Origin: Clostridia bacterium
GTDB taxonomy: Bacteria; Bacillota; Clostridia; Christensenellales; Borkfalkiaceae
Direction: 5' to 3'
Assembly (NCBI GenBank): GCA_017399185.1
Contig: JAFQEA010000016.1
Location: 21,264-85,263 of the forward strand
DNA length: 64,000 nucleotides
The stretch's first letter is position 1, and every line of letters starts with the position of its first letter. Below the pieces are notes generated by a model that saw nothing but the letters and a program-made list of their open reading frames with translations, searched no databases and was not told where the DNA came from. The translations under genes were made by a program, and so were the position numbers. Below are positions 8,512 to 21,681 of this stretch, in pieces.

Positions 8512-11500
8512 ATGACAAGAAATTTACCGTCAGAAAAATTCGGCAACGTTGAAAGGAAAACCTTTTCACGCATTAAAGGACCACAAGAAGTCCCAAATCT
8601 TGTAGAAGTTCAAAAAGATTCCTACAGGGCGTTTATCGATGAAGGTATCGCAGAAGTTTTTGAAGACTTCTCACCGATTACCGACTTTTCTGACCGCTTT
8701 GAACTTTATTTTTTAGACCATAGATTAATCGACAGCCCAAAGTATAGCGAAAAAGAGTGCCGTGAACGCGACGCAACCTACGCTATTCCTTTAAGGGTTA
8801 ACGTTCGTTTGGTTAATAAAATCACGGGCGAAGTTATCAACCAGGACGTATTCATGGGTGATATGCCCAAGATGACCGATAACGGCTCTTTCATTATCAA
8901 CGGTGCAGAAAGGGTTATCGTTTCTCAACTTGTTCGTTCACCGGGCGTTTACAACGATTTTGAATTTGATAAATCGGGTAAAAAGCTTTATAACACCACG
9001 GTTATCCCTAACCGCGGCGCTTGGCTTGAGCTTGAACAGGACAACCAAAAGGTTCTTTGGGTAAAGGTTGACAGGACGCGTAAATTGCAAGCGTCTATTT
9101 TGCTCCGCGCTTTAGGTTTTGAAACAAATAAGGACATTTCCGATTTATTCGGTAACGACCAATATATTGAAGCAACCCTTGCAAAGGACAACACAAAGAC
9201 GGTTAAGGAAGGTCTTTACGAGCTTTACAGACGTCTTCGCCCGGGCGAAGTTCCTAATGACGAAGCCGTTAAGATTAACCTTCGCAATACCTTCTTTGAC
9301 GCAAGAAGATACGATTTAGCAAGAGTTGGCAGATACAAGTTCAACAAACGCTTAAATTTAGCTGCACGTATCGTTGGACAAACCCTTGCTGAAGACATTA
9401 TCAGCGAAGACGGCGAAGTTTTAGCAACCGCAGGCGAAGTTATCACGCGTGAAAAGGCGCTTGAGCTTCGCGACGCAGGTATTAACAGGGTTGACGTTTT
9501 AGTTGGCGGTCAAAAGCACAGAATCATTGCTAACAACACTGTAAGCTTCAAAGCAGTTACAGGCTTAAACGCAAGGGCTTTCGGTCTTATCGACACAATC
9601 CACTATCCGTCTTTAAAGTTTGCTGAAATCGTTAACCAAAAAGCAAAAGAATTAGGCGTTGAAGAAGCTGCTGAAGCACTCACCGACCAAATCAACGCGC
9701 TTTACTATACAGAAGAAGTTTACGACGTTAAGGGTGAAGAAAAGCCTGAAACCAAGAAAAACGCTGAAAAACGCAGAGAACAAAGAAGAAAATTCGTTGA
9801 AGCCTGCGTTGAATTCTTCACAATCATTGAAAACGGCGTTCCTGAAAAGTTAAACGCTGAACAGAAAAAGTCAGTTAAGCCTTTAATGTCAGTTCTCAAC
9901 CACAAGCATATCACGGTTGACGATATTATTGCTTCAGTTTCTATTAACCTTGACCTTTGCTACGGCATTGGTACGCTTGACAATATCGACCACTTGGGCA
10001 ACCGCCGTGTTCGTTCCGTTGGTGAGCTTTTACAAAACCAATTCAGAATCGGTATTGCAAGGCTTGAAAGACTTATCAAGGAAAGAATGTCAACACAAGA
10101 CCCGAAGGAAGTAACCCCACAAGGTCTTATCAATATCCGTCCTGTAAATTCTGCGATTAAGGAATTCCTTGGTTCATCACAGCTTTCACAATTTATGGAC
10201 CAAACAAACCCAATCGCCGAATTAACCCACAAGCGTAAGCTTTCTGCATTAGGCCCGGGCGGTTTAAACAGAGAAAGAGCAACGTTTGAAGTACGTGACG
10301 TTCACTACACGCACTACGGCAGACTCTGTCCTATCGAAACACCTGAAGGTCAGAACATTGGTCTTATTTCTTCACTTTCAACCTACGCTAAAGTTAACGA
10401 ATACGGCTTTATTGAAGCGCCTTACCGCGTTGTTGATAAGAAAACGGGCGTTGTTACTGACGAAGTCAGATATTTAACCGCTGACGAAGAAGACGAATTT
10501 ATCGTTGCACAGGCAAACGAACCGTTAGACGATGAAAACAGATTCATTAACGAACGTATCTCTTGCCGCCGTCAGGAAGAAATCACCGAAGTTGAACGTT
10601 CACACATTGACCTTATGGACGTATCACCAAAACAGCTTGTATCAGTTGCTACAGCGCTTATTCCGTTCCTTGAAAGCGACGACACGCACAGAACGCTCAT
10701 GGGCTCTAACATGCAACGTCAAGCCGTTCCGTTATTAAAGCCAGAAAACGCAATCGTTGGTACGGGTATCGAAGCAAAAATCGCTTACGACTCGGGCGTA
10801 ATGGTTATCGCTAAAGAAGCAGGTACGGTTAAGGTTTCTTCAGGCGATACAATCGTTATCGTTGACGACGAAGGTGTTGAACACTCATATACGTTAAGCA
10901 AGTTCCAACGTTCAAACCAAGGTACTTGTATCAACCAACGCCCAATCGTTAACGTTGGCGACAGGGTTAAAGCAGGCGACATTATCGCTGACGGCCCTGC
11001 AACTAACGACGGCGAATTAGCACTCGGCAGAAATATCCTTATCGGGTTCATGACTTGGGAAGGCTATAACTACGAAGACGCTATTTTACTTTCAGAACAA
11101 CTCGTAAAAGACGACATATTTACGTCTATCCATATTGAAAAGCACGAAACGGAAGCACGCGACACCAAGCTTGGTGAAGAAGAAATCACGCGTGAAATTC
11201 CTAACGTGGGCGAAGACGCGCTCAAGGACCTTGACGAAGACGGTATTATCCGTATCGGCGCAGAAGTTATGAGCGGCGATATCCTTGTCGGTAAGGTTAC
11301 GCCAAAGGGCGAAACCGAGCTTACGCCTGAAGAACGCTTACTTCGCGCAATCTTCGGTGAAAAGGCAAGGGAGGTAAGGGATACTTCACTCCGCGTACCA
11401 CACGGCGAAAGCGGTGTTGTCGTTGACGTTAAAGTATTCACAAGGGCAAACAAAGATGAACTTGCACCGGGCGTTAACAAGCTCGTCAGAGTTTATATTG

Positions 11501-12507
11501 CACAAAAACGTAAGATTTCAGTAGGCGATAAGATGGCCGGCCGCCACGGTAACAAGGGCGTTATTTCAAGGGTATTACCTGAATACGATATGCCTTTCCT
11601 TGCAGACGGTACACCGTTACAAATCGTATTAAACCCATTGGGCGTTCCTTCGCGTATGAACATTGGTCAGGTGCTTGAAGTTCACTTGGGCCTTGTATGT
11701 AAGCAGCTTGGTTGGAAGATTGCAACCCCTGTATTTGACGGCGCAACGGGTGCTGAAATTGAAGCATTATTAAAAGAAAACCAAATCGTTAACCCGGACG
11801 GCGAAGTTGACGGCAAGATTCAGCTTTACGACGGCAGAACGGGCGAACCGTTTGAAAACCGCGTTACGGTTGGTCAAATGTATATGATTAAGCTCCACCA
11901 CCTTGTTGACGATAAGATCCACGCAAGGTCAACCGGTCCTTACTCACTTGTTACCCAACAACCTTTAGGGGGCAAGGCACAGTTCGGCGGTCAACGTTTT
12001 GGTGAAATGGAAGTTTGGGCGCTTGAAGCATACGGCGCTGCACACATTTTACAAGAAATTTTAACAGTTAAGTCGGACGATATCGTAGGTAGAAGAAAAA
12101 CTTACGACTCAATCGTAAACAAGGGCGACGACAACTCTGAACCAGGTATTCCTGCGTCATTTAAGGTTCTTTTAAAGGAATTACAATCACTCGGCTTGGA
12201 CATGAAGGTATTAACCGAAACGGGCGATGAAATTTCACTCAAAGAGCTTGAAAACGACGAAGTCGATGAAAGAGCACCTGCTATCGAAAGAGAAGAACAC
12301 GTTAGGGTTGATATTGTTGACGACATGGACGAAGGCTTTATTGAAGACGAACAAGACGATTCTATCTTTGACGAAGAATTATCACTTGATGATGAAGATC
12401 TTGACGGCTTTGACGCAGGCGACTTACTTGACGACGACTATGACGACCTTGAAAACCTTGACAATCTTGATCTTTTAGATGACGATTTCGATGATTTCGA
12501 CGACTAA
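8512..12507 (+). CDS. rpoB: DNA-directed RNA polymerase subunit beta, with an unusual approximately 100-aa poly-acidic C-terminal extension
   Basis: The full conserved RpoB core is present (…[13 protein letters not shown]…, …[20 protein letters not shown]…). The start at 8512 has an AAAGGAG RBS. The tail is [14 protein letters not shown]…[10 protein letters not shown]. Confidence 0.95.
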   Translation: MTRNLPSEKFGNVERKTFSRIKGPQEVPNLVEVQKDSYRAFIDEGIAEVFEDFSPITDFSDRFELYFLDHRLIDSPKYSEKECRERDATYAIPLRVNVRLVNKITGEVINQDVFMGDMPKMTDNGSFIINGAERVIVSQLVRSPGVYNDFEFDKSGKKLYNTTVIPNRGAWLELEQDNQKVLWVKVDRTRKLQASILLRALGFETNKDISDLFGNDQYIEATLAKDNTKTVKEGLYELYRRLRPGEVPNDEAVKINLRNTFFDARRYDLARVGRYKFNKRLNLAARIVGQTLAEDIISEDGEVLATAGEVITREKALELRDAGINRVDVLVGGQKHRIIANNTVSFKAVTGLNARAFGLIDTIHYPSLKFAEIVNQKAKELGVEEAAEALTDQINALYYTEEVYDVKGEEKPETKKNAEKRREQRRKFVEACVEFFTIIENGVPEKLNAEQKKSVKPLMSVLNHKHITVDDIIASVSINLDLCYGIGTLDNIDHLGNRRVRSVGELLQNQFRIGIARLERLIKERMSTQDPKEVTPQGLINIRPVNSAIKEFLGSSQLSQFMDQTNPIAELTHKRKLSALGPGGLNRERATFEVRDVHYTHYGRLCPIETPEGQNIGLISSLSTYAKVNEYGFIEAPYRVVDKKTGVVTDEVRYLTADEEDEFIVAQANEPLDDENRFINERISCRRQEEITEVERSHIDLMDVSPKQLVSVATALIPFLESDDTHRTLMGSNMQRQAVPLLKPENAIVGTGIEAKIAYDSGVMVIAKEAGTVKVSSGDTIVIVDDEGVEHSYTLSKFQRSNQGTCINQRPIVNVGDRVKAGDIIADGPATNDGELALGRNILIGFMTWEGYNYEDAILLSEQLVKDDIFTSIHIEKHETEARDTKLGEEEITREIPNVGEDALKDLDEDGIIRIGAEVMSGDILVGKVTPKGETELTPEERLLRAIFGEKAREVRDTSLRVPHGESGVVVDVKVFTRANKDELAPGVNKLVRVYIAQKRKISVGDKMAGRHGNKGVISRVLPEYDMPFLADGTPLQIVLNPLGVPSRMNIGQVLEVHLGLVCKQLGWKIATPVFDGATGAEIEALLKENQIVNPDGEVDGKIQLYDGRTGEPFENRVTVGQMYMIKLHHLVDDKIHARSTGPYSLVTQQPLGGKAQFGGQRFGEMEVWALEAYGAAHILQEILTVKSDDIVGRRKTYDSIVNKGDDNSEPGIPASFKVLLKELQSLGLDMKVLTETGDEISLKELENDEVDERAPAIEREEHVRVDIVDDMDEGFIEDEQDDSIFDEELSLDDEDLDGFDAGDLLDDDYDDLENLDNLDLLDDDFDDFDD

Positions 12508-12525
12508 TTTATAGGGAGGTAGAAT

Positions 12526-15500
12526 ATGTTTGAACTTAACAATTTCGACGCTATTCAGATTGGCGTAGCTTCCCCCGAAAAAATCAGGGGCTGGTCTTAC
12601 GGCGAAGTAACGAAGCCGGAAACCATTAACTACCGCACCCAAAAACCGGAAAGAGACGGGTTATTCTGCGAAAAGATTTTCGGGCCTACCAAGGACTGGG
12701 AATGCCATTGCGGAAAATATAAAAGAATACGTTATAAAGGCGTTATCTGCGACAAATGCGGCGTAGAAGTTACCCGCTCAAAGGTAAGACGTGAACGTAT
12801 GGGTCACATTGAGCTTGCCGCACCTGTTTCACACATTTGGTATTTCCGCGGTGTACCTTCAAGGATTGGTTTAATCCTTGATATGAGTCCAAAGCACCTG
12901 GAACAAGTTTTATACTTTGCTTGCTTCGTCGTTTTAGACCCGGGTACAACTGAATTTGCATATAAACAAGTTATCAACGATAAAGAATATCTTGACGCAA
13001 TCGACAAATACGGCGTTGGCTCATTTAAAGCGGGCATGGGCGCTGAAGCCATTAAAGAACTTTTAATGGCTGTCGATTTAGACAAGGAAGCTGAAGAAGT
13101 ACGCAAAATCATTAACGACACGAACTCCGGTCAAAAGAGAACAAAAGCCGTTAAGAGAATTGACATTATCGAAGCTTTCCGTCGCAGCGGTAACCGTCCT
13201 GAATGGATGATTTTGGACGTTATCCCCGTAATCCCACCAGAACTTCGCCCAATGGTACCGCTGGAAGGCGGCAGATTTGCAACGAGCGACTTAAACGACT
13301 TATACCGCAGGGTTATCAACCGTAACAACCGTTTAAGAAAGCTTATGGAGCTTGGTGCGCCAGATATCATTATCAGAAACGAAAAGAGAATGCTTCAAGA
13401 AGCCGTTGACGCGCTTATCGACAACGGCAGACGTGGCAAAGCCGTTTCAGGTGCCGGTAACCGTGACCTTAAGTCATTATCAGGCATGCTCAAGGGTAAG
13501 CAAGGCCGTTTCCGTCAAAACCTTTTAGGTAAGCGTGTTGACTATTCAGGCCGTTCAGTTATCGTCGTTGGTCCGGAGCTTAAGCTTTACCAATGCGGCT
13601 TACCAAAGGAAATGGCAATCGAGCTTTTCAAGCCTTTCGTAATGAAAAAGCTTGTTGAAAGCAACCAATGCCACAACATTAAGAGCGCAAAACGTACGGT
13701 TGAAAGAATGAAGCCATGCGTTTGGGAAATCCTGGAAAACGTTATCAAGGATCACCCGGTACTTTTAAACCGTGCGCCAACACTCCACCGTTTATCAATC
13801 CAAGCGTTTGAGCCCGTTCTTATCGAAGGTAGAGCAATTAAGCTTCACCCACTCGTATGTAGCGCGTTCAACGCCGACTTCGACGGCGACCAAATGGCTG
13901 TACACGTACCGTTATCAATCGAAGCTCAAGCTGAAGCAAGATTCTTGATGCTTTCATCAAACAACATTTTAAAGCTTTCAGACGGTAAGCCTGTAATGGC
14001 ACCAACCCAAGACATGGTACTTGGCTGCTACTACTTGACGCTCGTTCGCCGCGAACACGGTAAAAAATATAACGACCACTTTGCAGAAGATACTGAAGGC
14101 GTTGAATACAAAGCAGGTATTTACACGCCGGAAGAAGCGGTTATGGCATATCAAACCAAGCAATTATCGCTTCAGGACGAAATTTTCGTTCGCCGCACGC
14201 ATACCTTTGAAGACGGTCACACAGTATCCAAAATTATCAAAACCACTTGCGGTAGGATTATCTTCAACGACGCAATTCCGCAAAACATTGGCCTAACTTC
14301 AAGAAATTGCGAAGAAGACTATTGCAATTTAGAAGTAAATCACCTTGTTAAGAAGGGTGACCTTAAGAAAATCGTTAACGCATGCTTTAAAACGGGCGGT
14401 TCACCGCTTGCAGCTGAAGCACTTGACAGCATAAAGGCTTTAGGCTACAAGTATTCAACAATCGCAGCGCTCACGACAAGTGCTTTCGATATGCATATTC
14501 CTGACAAGAAGGAAGCAATCCTTGAAAACGCTGAAAAGGAAGTTTTAAGGGTAGAAAAGCTCCACTCACGCGGCTTGCTCACAGAAGACGAAAGATACAA
14601 AAAGGTCGTTGACCTTTGGACAAAAGCAACGGACGATATTTCTGAAGAAATTCCAAAATCACTTGATAAGTTCAACCCAATCCAAATGATGGTTGACTCG
14701 GGTGCGCGTGGTTCAAAAGACCAGGTTAAGCAGCTTGTAGGTATGCGTGGTCTTATGAGCGACCCGAACGGTAAAACTATTGAAATCCCGGTTAAGTCAT
14801 GCTTCAGGGAAGGCTTAACGGCACTTGAATACTTTATTTCTTCACACGGTGGTCGTAAAGGTCTTGCCGACACGGCTTTAAAGACGGCTGACTCCGGTTA
14901 CTTGACAAGACGTTTGGTTGACGTATCACACAACGTTATCGTCAGGGAAGAAGACTGCTTTGAAGGCACGGGCGAAAAGCCAAAGGGTGTTTGGATTACG
15001 AGCATTACAAGTATCGAAGGCGGCAAGAAGAAGGAAATCGAATCCTTGGAAGACAGACTTGCCGGCAGATTCACAATCGATGCTGTTTGCTATCCTGAAG
15101 GCCACGAAAGAGCTGGCGAAGTTATCGTTGAAGCAGATTCAATGATCAGTGAAGAGCAGGCTAAAGAAATCGTTAACGCAGGCATTGAAAAGGTTCTTAT
15201 CAGAAGCGTATTCACCTGCCGTTCAAGAAACGGTATCTGCGCAAAATGCTACGGCAAGAACATGTCAAACAACTTACCTGTTAACACGGGCGAAGCAGTT
15301 GGTATTATCGCAGCCCAATCAATCGGTGAACCTGGTACACAGCTTACCATGAGAACCTTCCACACGGGCGGTATCGCGTCTGACCAAGACATCACGGCAG
15401 GTTTGCCGAGAATCGAAGAGCTTTTCGAAGCGCGTAAGCCAAAGGGCCAGGCAATCGTCTGCGAAAACACGGGTATTGCAAGGATTATCGAAGCAACCGA

Positions 15501-16134
15501 CAGCGAAGACAGCTTACGCCACGTTATCGTTAAGGGCGAAGGCGGCGGCAAGGAATCAACAAGGGATTACACAATTCCGTTCACGGCAACGCTCCGCGTA
15601 AAAGACGGCGACCTTGTTAACCCCGGTGACGAGCTTACAACCGGTTCAGTTTACCCACAAGACATTTTAAGAACGCGTGGTGTAAAGGGCGTACAAGACT
15701 ATATCTTACACGAAGTACAATCCGTTTACCGCGCACAAGGCGTAGAAATCAACGACAAGCACGTTGAAATTATCGTACGTCAAATGCTCCGTAAGGTTCG
15801 CGTTGAAAACTGTGGCGACACGGATATGTTACCTGGCGAAATGGTCGATATCACTTACTTTGAAGACCAGAACGCAAAGGTTATGGAACAAGGCGGCAGA
15901 CCTGCAACGGTTAAGAGAGTGCTTTTAGGTATCACTAAAGCGTCACTCGCAACCGAAAGCTTCTTATCAGCTGCGTCCTTCCAGGAAACCGCAAGGGTGC
16001 TTACCGAAGCTGCTATCAAGAATAAGATTGACCCGTTATTAGGTCTTAAAGAAAACGTAATCATTGGTAAGCTTATTCCTGCAGGCACGGGCGTAAAAGA
16101 TTACAAGCTTTTGAACCCACAGCTTAATAATTAA
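12526..16134 (+). CDS. rpoC: DNA-directed RNA polymerase subunit beta'
   Basis: Zn-binding [20 protein letters not shown], catalytic NADFDGD, and overall beta' collinearity over 1202 aa. Confidence 0.95.
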   Translation: MFELNNFDAIQIGVASPEKIRGWSYGEVTKPETINYRTQKPERDGLFCEKIFGPTKDWECHCGKYKRIRYKGVICDKCGVEVTRSKVRRERMGHIELAAPVSHIWYFRGVPSRIGLILDMSPKHLEQVLYFACFVVLDPGTTEFAYKQVINDKEYLDAIDKYGVGSFKAGMGAEAIKELLMAVDLDKEAEEVRKIINDTNSGQKRTKAVKRIDIIEAFRRSGNRPEWMILDVIPVIPPELRPMVPLEGGRFATSDLNDLYRRVINRNNRLRKLMELGAPDIIIRNEKRMLQEAVDALIDNGRRGKAVSGAGNRDLKSLSGMLKGKQGRFRQNLLGKRVDYSGRSVIVVGPELKLYQCGLPKEMAIELFKPFVMKKLVESNQCHNIKSAKRTVERMKPCVWEILENVIKDHPVLLNRAPTLHRLSIQAFEPVLIEGRAIKLHPLVCSAFNADFDGDQMAVHVPLSIEAQAEARFLMLSSNNILKLSDGKPVMAPTQDMVLGCYYLTLVRREHGKKYNDHFAEDTEGVEYKAGIYTPEEAVMAYQTKQLSLQDEIFVRRTHTFEDGHTVSKIIKTTCGRIIFNDAIPQNIGLTSRNCEEDYCNLEVNHLVKKGDLKKIVNACFKTGGSPLAAEALDSIKALGYKYSTIAALTTSAFDMHIPDKKEAILENAEKEVLRVEKLHSRGLLTEDERYKKVVDLWTKATDDISEEIPKSLDKFNPIQMMVDSGARGSKDQVKQLVGMRGLMSDPNGKTIEIPVKSCFREGLTALEYFISSHGGRKGLADTALKTADSGYLTRRLVDVSHNVIVREEDCFEGTGEKPKGVWITSITSIEGGKKKEIESLEDRLAGRFTIDAVCYPEGHERAGEVIVEADSMISEEQAKEIVNAGIEKVLIRSVFTCRSRNGICAKCYGKNMSNNLPVNTGEAVGIIAAQSIGEPGTQLTMRTFHTGGIASDQDITAGLPRIEELFEARKPKGQAIVCENTGIARIIEATDSEDSLRHVIVKGEGGGKESTRDYTIPFTATLRVKDGDLVNPGDELTTGSVYPQDILRTRGVKGVQDYILHEVQSVYRAQGVEINDKHVEIIVRQMLRKVRVENCGDTDMLPGEMVDITYFEDQNAKVMEQGGRPATVKRVLLGITKASLATESFLSAASFQETARVLTEAAIKNKIDPLLGLKENVIIGKLIPAGTGVKDYKLLNPQLNN

Positions 16135-16249
16135 CAATAAAAACACGGCTTAAGGCAGGCAAAAGTGCCTTAAGCTGTGGAATTTATAAAAAAACGCCGC
16201 TTGCAAAGTCACAAGTGTATAAAATAGTGCATAAATGACTAAATTTTAT

Positions 16250-16278
16250 TTGACTAATAAATTAAAAAATGATAAAAT
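16250..16278 (+). promoter_or_regulatory. candidate promoter of the rpsL-rpsG-fusA-tuf operon (TTGACT, 17 bp spacer, TGaTAAAAT extended -10)
   Basis: TTGACT at 16250-16255 and TAAAAT at 16273-16278, with an upstream TG. Confidence 0.45.
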
Positions 16279-16405
16279 CAACGGTGGGGTCAGAGTATTG
16301 ACCGATTTTTGCGTGCAAAAACGCAACCAAAAAAGTTTCTTACGTAATCCTTAATTTTTGGGGGTTGCGGTCAGAATATTCCGAAATATTAAAAGGAGGT
16401 AAAAC

Positions 16406-16777
16406 ATGCCAACAATCAACCAAATCATCAAGCATGGTAGACACACAGGCACTGAAAAGAGCAAAGCACCTATCCTGGATAGCTGTCCACAAAGACGTGG
16501 CGTATGCCTTTCAGTAACCACAACGTCACCAAAGAAGCCTAACTCGGCTATGCGCAAGATTGCAAGGGTAAGATTGACCAACAAGCAAGAAGGTACAATT
16601 TACATTCCAGGCGAAGGTCACAATCTTCAAGAGCACAGCTCTGTACTTGTTCGCGGTGGTAAGGTAAGAGACTTACCTGGTGTTAGATATCACATCATTC
16701 GCGGTACGTTAGATACAGCAGGCGTTGCAAAACGCAGACAAGCACGTTCAAAATACGGCGCAAAGAGACCTAAATAG
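16406..16777 (+). CDS. rpsL: 30S ribosomal protein S12
   Basis: [13 protein letters not shown]…PKKPNSA(M)RK… is canonical S12. Confidence 0.95.
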   Translation: MPTINQIIKHGRHTGTEKSKAPILDSCPQRRGVCLSVTTTSPKKPNSAMRKIARVRLTNKQEGTIYIPGEGHNLQEHSSVLVRGGKVRDLPGVRYHIIRGTLDTAGVAKRRQARSKYGAKRPK

Positions 16778-16956
16778 TTAAATCTTACGCAAAACACAAG
16801 TTACCTACTTATTCGGAATATTGACCAATTACGCCCGAAGCAAAGTAGGCAGTATCCCCAAAAAGGGAGAAGGTTCGCTGCTTTATCAATATTATAATAA
16901 AGCGTGCGATAGCTGTACTGGGCAGTGCCCAAAAATAAAATAAGGAGAATAAAGAA

Positions 16957-17427
16957 ATGCCAAGAAGAGGCTCAATCCCAAAAAGGGACGTGCTACCTGA
17001 TCCATTAACCGGCAGCAAGGTTGTAACAAAGTTAGTTAACCAAGTTATGCTTGACGGTAAGAAAGGTATTGCACAAGGCATCGTATATGATGCTTTCAAT
17101 ATGATGAGTGAAAAGACGGGCAAAGAAGCTATGGAAGTTTTCAACCAAGCTTTAGAAAACGTTAAGCCACAGCTTGAAGTTAAGGCAAGACGTGTTGGTG
17201 GTTCAAACTACCAAGTCCCGATTGAAATCAGAGAAGAAAGAAGACAAACTTTAGCAATCCGCTGGATTGTTGCAAACGCAAGAAAGCGTGGTGACCGTGA
17301 CATGTATGCACGTCTTGCAAACGAACTTTTAGACGCAGCTAATAACACAGGCGGCGCAGTTAAGAAAAAAGAAGACATGCATAGAATGGCTGAAGCTAAC
17401 AGAGCTTTCGCACACTTTAGATGGTAG
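16957..17427 (+). CDS. rpsG: 30S ribosomal protein S7
   Basis: [16 protein letters not shown]… is canonical S7. Confidence 0.95.
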   Translation: MPRRGSIPKRDVLPDPLTGSKVVTKLVNQVMLDGKKGIAQGIVYDAFNMMSEKTGKEAMEVFNQALENVKPQLEVKARRVGGSNYQVPIEIREERRQTLAIRWIVANARKRGDRDMYARLANELLDAANNTGGAVKKKEDMHRMAEANRAFAHFRW

Positions 17428-17439
17428 TAAGGAGAAAGA

Positions 17440-19512
17440 ATGCCAAGACAAGTTGAACTCAAGGATACCAGAAACATTGGTATCATGGCGCACATTGACG
17501 CCGGCAAGACAACCACAAGTGAACGCATTCTATTCTTTACGGGCAAGACACACAAACTCGGCGAAGTACACGAAGGTGCTGCGACGATGGACTGGATGGT
17601 TCAGGAACAAGAAAGGGGCATAACGATTACGTCAGCCGCAACGACTTGTTTCTGGAAGGGTAACCGTATCAACATTATTGATACCCCGGGCCACGTTGAC
17701 TTTACCGTAGAAGTTGAAAGGTCCTTAAGGATTTTAGACGGCGCGGTTGCAACCTTCTGTGCAAAAGGCGGCGTAGAGCCCCAAAGTGAAACCGTTTGGC
17801 GTCAAGCCGATAAGTACCGCGTTCCCCGTATAGCATACGTTAATAAAATGGATATCAACGGCGCGAACTTTTTAGGTGCTGTCCAAATGATGCACGACAG
17901 ATTGGGTGCAAACGCCATTCCAATAACGTTACCTATCGGTAAGGAAGACACCTTCAAGGGTATTATCGACTTAATTGAGCAAAAAGCAATTATTTACACC
18001 GATAACCTTGGCGGTAACGAAATCACGGATATTCCTGAAGAATATTTAGACGACGCTAATTTCTATAGAGAACAACTTGTAGAGCTTTGCGCCGAACAGG
18101 AAGACGAGCTTACTGAAAAGTATTTAAACGGCGAAGAACTCACCGTTGAAGAAATAAAACGCGCATTACGTAAAGCCACGATTGCTATGAACGTTGTACC
18201 CGTTCTTTGCGGTTCAAGCTACCGCAACAAGGGTATCCAACGCTTACTTGACGCAATAGTTGAGTTTTTACCAAGCCCTGTTGACGTACCTGCAATCGTG
18301 GGCGTTAACAAAAAGGGAGAAGAAGAAACCCGCAAGTCATCTGACGAAGAACCTTTTGCAGGTCTTGCGTTCAAGATTGTAACCGACCCGTTCGTTGGTA
18401 AGCTTGCATTTTTCAGGGTTTATTCAGGTAAGCTAACTTCAGGCTCATACGTGTACAACAGCACCAAGGGTAAGCGTGAAAGGGTAGGAAGACTTTTACT
18501 TATGCACGCAAACCACCGTGAAGAAATCCCCGAAATCTGCGCAGGCGATATCTGTGCAATCGTGGGCTTAAAGGACACCGCAACAGGCGACACGCTCTGC
18601 AACGAAGGCGCACAAATCATTTTGGAGCAAATGGAATTCCCCGAACCAGTTATCAGGGTTGCCATTGAGCCAAAGACCAAAGCCGGTCAGGACAAAATGA
18701 CGCTTTCATTATTAAAGCTTGCCGAAGAAGACCCGTCATTTAAGTTCTACACGGATAACGAAACAGGTCAAACCATTATCGCCGGTATGGGCGAGCTACA
18801 TTTAGAAATCATTGTTGACAGATTACTTCGCGAATTTAAGGTAGAAGCAACGGTTGGTAAACCGCAAGTTGCCTACCGCGAAACTTTCCGAAACAGCGTC
18901 GATGCAGAAGGTATGTACAAGCGCCAATCAGGCGGTAAGGGCCAATACGGCCATTGTAAGGTTACCTTTGAACCTTTAGAGCCAGGCAGCGGATTTGTCT
19001 TTGAAGACAAGACGGTAGGCGGCTCTATCCCCAAGGAATATATCGACCCTGTCCGCCGTGGTATCGAAGAAGCCGCAAAGAACGGTATTTTGGCCGGATA
19101 TGAAGTCGTTGACTTTAAAGCAACCGTATATGACGGCAGCTATCACGAAGTCGACTCATCAGAAATCGCATTTAAGATTGCAGGCTCAATGGCCTTTAAG
19201 GACGGCGTTAAGAACGCAAAACCTGTTATTTTAGAGCCGATTATGAAGGTTGAAATTATCACCCCGGACGATTATTTTGGTGATTTAATGGGCGACGTAT
19301 CATCCCGCCGTGGCAACATTATCGGCACGGACGACAGAAACGGCGCAAAGGTTATCGAGTGCAATATCCCATTATCGGATATGTTCGGTTACGCAACTGA
19401 TTTACGTTCCAGAACGCAAGGTAGGGGACAGTACACAATGCAGTTTTCACACTATAATGAAGTACCAAAGTCCATTGCTGAAAAGATTATCGGCACAAGG
19501 GCAGGCGACTAA
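17440..19512 (+). CDS. fusA: elongation factor G
   Basis: [17 protein letters not shown], 690 aa. Confidence 0.95.
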   Translation: MPRQVELKDTRNIGIMAHIDAGKTTTSERILFFTGKTHKLGEVHEGAATMDWMVQEQERGITITSAATTCFWKGNRINIIDTPGHVDFTVEVERSLRILDGAVATFCAKGGVEPQSETVWRQADKYRVPRIAYVNKMDINGANFLGAVQMMHDRLGANAIPITLPIGKEDTFKGIIDLIEQKAIIYTDNLGGNEITDIPEEYLDDANFYREQLVELCAEQEDELTEKYLNGEELTVEEIKRALRKATIAMNVVPVLCGSSYRNKGIQRLLDAIVEFLPSPVDVPAIVGVNKKGEEETRKSSDEEPFAGLAFKIVTDPFVGKLAFFRVYSGKLTSGSYVYNSTKGKRERVGRLLLMHANHREEIPEICAGDICAIVGLKDTATGDTLCNEGAQIILEQMEFPEPVIRVAIEPKTKAGQDKMTLSLLKLAEEDPSFKFYTDNETGQTIIAGMGELHLEIIVDRLLREFKVEATVGKPQVAYRETFRNSVDAEGMYKRQSGGKGQYGHCKVTFEPLEPGSGFVFEDKTVGGSIPKEYIDPVRRGIEEAAKNGILAGYEVVDFKATVYDGSYHEVDSSEIAFKIAGSMAFKDGVKNAKPVILEPIMKVEIITPDDYFGDLMGDVSSRRGNIIGTDDRNGAKVIECNIPLSDMFGYATDLRSRTQGRGQYTMQFSHYNEVPKSIAEKIIGTRAGD

Positions 19513-19608
19513 TTAAAAATCTTGCGCTAATATAAAGGCGCTAAAAAATAAAATAATAAATAATATAAAACAATTAATTTTTAAAAAATTCGGAGGAAAC
19601 AAACAATT

Positions 19609-20829
19609 ATGGCAAAGTCAAAATTTGACAGAAGTAAACCACACGTAAACGTTGGTACAATCGGTCACGTTGACCACGGTAAAACAACATTAACAGCTGC
19701 TATCACTATGGTTATGGCTTGCAAGGGCCAAGCTGCGAAGATGAGATATGACGAAATCGACAAAGCACCAGAAGAAAAAGCACGTGGTATTACAATTAAC
19801 ACAGCACACGTTGAATATCAAACAGACGCACGTCACTATGCACACGTTGACTGCCCAGGCCACGCTGACTACGTTAAGAACATGATCACTGGTGCTGCTC
19901 AAATGGACGGCGCAATTTTAGTAGTTGCTGCAACAGACGGTCCAATGCCACAAACACGTGAACACATCCTTCTCGCTCGTCAAGTAGGCGTTCCATACAT
20001 CACAGTATTCTTAAACAAGACAGACCTTGTTGACGACCCAGAACTTTTAGAACTCGTTGAAATGGAAGTTAGAGAACTTCTCAACGAATATGATTTCCCA
20101 GGCGACGATACACCAATCATCAAAGGTTCAGCAGTTAAAGCATTAGAAAAAGCAACGTCAGGTTGTTCAGATGCTGAAGTTTTAGCAGCACCAGAATGCC
20201 AATGCATCGTTGAACTTATGAACGCTATCGACAGCTATATCCCAACACCAGCACGTGAAGATTCAAAGCCATTCTTACTTCCTGTAGAAGACGTATTCAC
20301 AATTTCTGGTCGTGGTACAGTTGCTACAGGCCGTGTTGAACGTGGTGTAGCACACGTTGGTGACCCAGCTGAAATCGTTGGTCTTAAAGAAAAATCAACA
20401 ACAACCGTTATTACCGGTCTTGAAATGTTCCGTAAGCTTTTAGACGAAGCACAAGCTGGTGACAACGTTGGTGCGTTACTCCGTGGTATTGACAGAAAGT
20501 CAATCGAACGTGGTCAAGTTATCGCTAAACCAAACTCAATCCACCCACACACAGAATTCACTGGTCAAGTTTACGTATTAACCAAAGAAGAAGGTGGCCG
20601 TCATACACCATTCTTCAACAACTACAGACCACAATTCTATTTCCGTACAACAGACGTTACCGGTACAATCAACCTTCCAGAAGGCGTTGAAATGGTTATG
20701 CCTGGTGACCACGTAACAATCAAAGTTTCACTCATCACACCAATCGCTATCGAAGAAGGTCTTCGTTTCGCTATTCGTGAAGGTGGCAGAACTGTTGGTT
20801 CAGGCGTTGTTGCTACAATCATTAAATAA
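19609..20829 (+). CDS. tuf: elongation factor Tu
   Basis: [17 protein letters not shown], 406 aa. Confidence 0.95.
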   Translation: MAKSKFDRSKPHVNVGTIGHVDHGKTTLTAAITMVMACKGQAAKMRYDEIDKAPEEKARGITINTAHVEYQTDARHYAHVDCPGHADYVKNMITGAAQMDGAILVVAATDGPMPQTREHILLARQVGVPYITVFLNKTDLVDDPELLELVEMEVRELLNEYDFPGDDTPIIKGSAVKALEKATSGCSDAEVLAAPECQCIVELMNAIDSYIPTPAREDSKPFLLPVEDVFTISGRGTVATGRVERGVAHVGDPAEIVGLKEKSTTTVITGLEMFRKLLDEAQAGDNVGALLRGIDRKSIERGQVIAKPNSIHPHTEFTGQVYVLTKEEGGRHTPFFNNYRPQFYFRTTDVTGTINLPEGVEMVMPGDHVTIKVSLITPIAIEEGLRFAIREGGRTVGSGVVATIIK

Positions 20830-20847
20830 TTAAATTATTTATAGCAA

Positions 20848-20882
20848 AAAAGCTTTGCGGGACGCCGCAAAGCTTTTTTTTA
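20848..20882 (+). terminator. terminator after tuf
   Basis: aaaaaagctttgcgg-gac-gccgcaaagctttttttt. Confidence 0.6.
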
Positions 20883-20955
20883 ATGAAAAATGAAGAATGA
20901 AGAATGAAGAATTATTGTCAGTTGTCCGCTCCGCGGCAACCCCTGAATATTATTG
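20881..20955. repeat. BOX-like repeat fragment ((gaagaat)n module plus divergent tail)
   Basis: aatgaaaaatgaagaatgaagaatgaagaatt… is the same heptamer array as at 3337, 27263, 31160 and 33672. Confidence 0.6.
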
Positions 20956-21002
20956 AAAAGGTTGTTATTTTGTGATATAATTAACTTAAGGTGGGTAGTA
21001 TT

Positions 21003-21353
21003 ATGAAAGAAAACGCTTTAATTGAAAAGTCATTAAATTTTGCAACACGTATTGTTAAATTGTATCAATATCTAACAAAAACAAAAAAAGAAACTATACT
21101 ATCAAAACAAGTTTTGCGTAGTGGAACGTCAATCGGCGCAAATATAAACGAAGCAAACTTTGGGCAAAGCCGAGCAGATTTTATTGCAAAAATGCACATT
21201 GCTTTAAAAGAAGCTGTTGAAACTATATATTGGTTAAAAGTACTAACCACGTCTGAATACATAAACGAAAAACTCGGTCTTTCACTTTTAAATGATTGTA
21301 TCGAATTAAAAAAATTGTTAGTTTCAACAATAAATACCACTAAAGAAAACTAA
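21003..21353 (+). CDS. four-helix-bundle protein (23S rRNA intervening-sequence protein family)
   Basis: MKENALIEKSLNFATRIVKLYQYL…SIGANINEANFGQSRADFIAKMHIALKEAVETIYWL is typical of the TIGR02436-like four-helix-bundle family. AAGGTGGG RBS. Confidence 0.55.
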   Translation: MKENALIEKSLNFATRIVKLYQYLTKTKKETILSKQVLRSGTSIGANINEANFGQSRADFIAKMHIALKEAVETIYWLKVLTTSEYINEKLGLSLLNDCIELKKLLVSTINTTKEN

Positions 21354-21413
21354 AATCACCACTCTTAATAACTTATATTAAAAAAGGCTTTGCGTGCAAC
21401 GCACACAAGGCCT

Positions 21414-21530
21414 TATTTAAATTTGATAAAGACTTTTTGCCAAAGGCAAAAAGTTTACCACAATTCTTAATTCTTAATTCTTAATTCTACCAACCGCAAA
21501 GCGGTTGTAGCGTCAGGACCCCCTTGAATG
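21414..21530. repeat. BOX-like modular repeat (A core, (cttaatt)4 module, C module ccaaccgcaaagcggttgtagcgtcaggacccccttga)
   Basis: Follows the terminator hairpin of the four-helix-bundle gene. The same modules occur at 27222, 30975, 31107 and 33461. Confidence 0.7.
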
Positions 21531-21681
21531 ACTACACAACTATAAAAAAACAACAATTTATGACAAAAAGCGTTTTTTTCATACCAAAAGGCTTGCCACC
21601 CTATAATATATTATGCTACACTATAGATGGTAAATTGTGCCCGTTGGGCATTAAAAAATTTTTTTTCAAAAGGAGATTTTT

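Noticed and set aside
11070-11480. Minus-strand ORFs within rpoB/rpoC (for example 11070-11480, 14445-14873, 12804-13121)
   Set aside because: Antisense to universally conserved RNA polymerase genes, Ser/Thr-rich, with no start context.
16135-16405. Gap between rpoC and rpsL where Firmicutes often encode the L7Ae-like protein YbxF
   Set aside because: There is no ORF of suitable size or sequence. The region is better explained as the terminator plus promoter/leader of the str operon.
20100-20230. Slight insertion with extra cysteines in EF-Tu domain I/II linker (…[28 protein letters not shown]…)
   Set aside because: A few-residue length variation in a normally variable loop. All catalytic motifs are intact, so it is not notable enough to flag.
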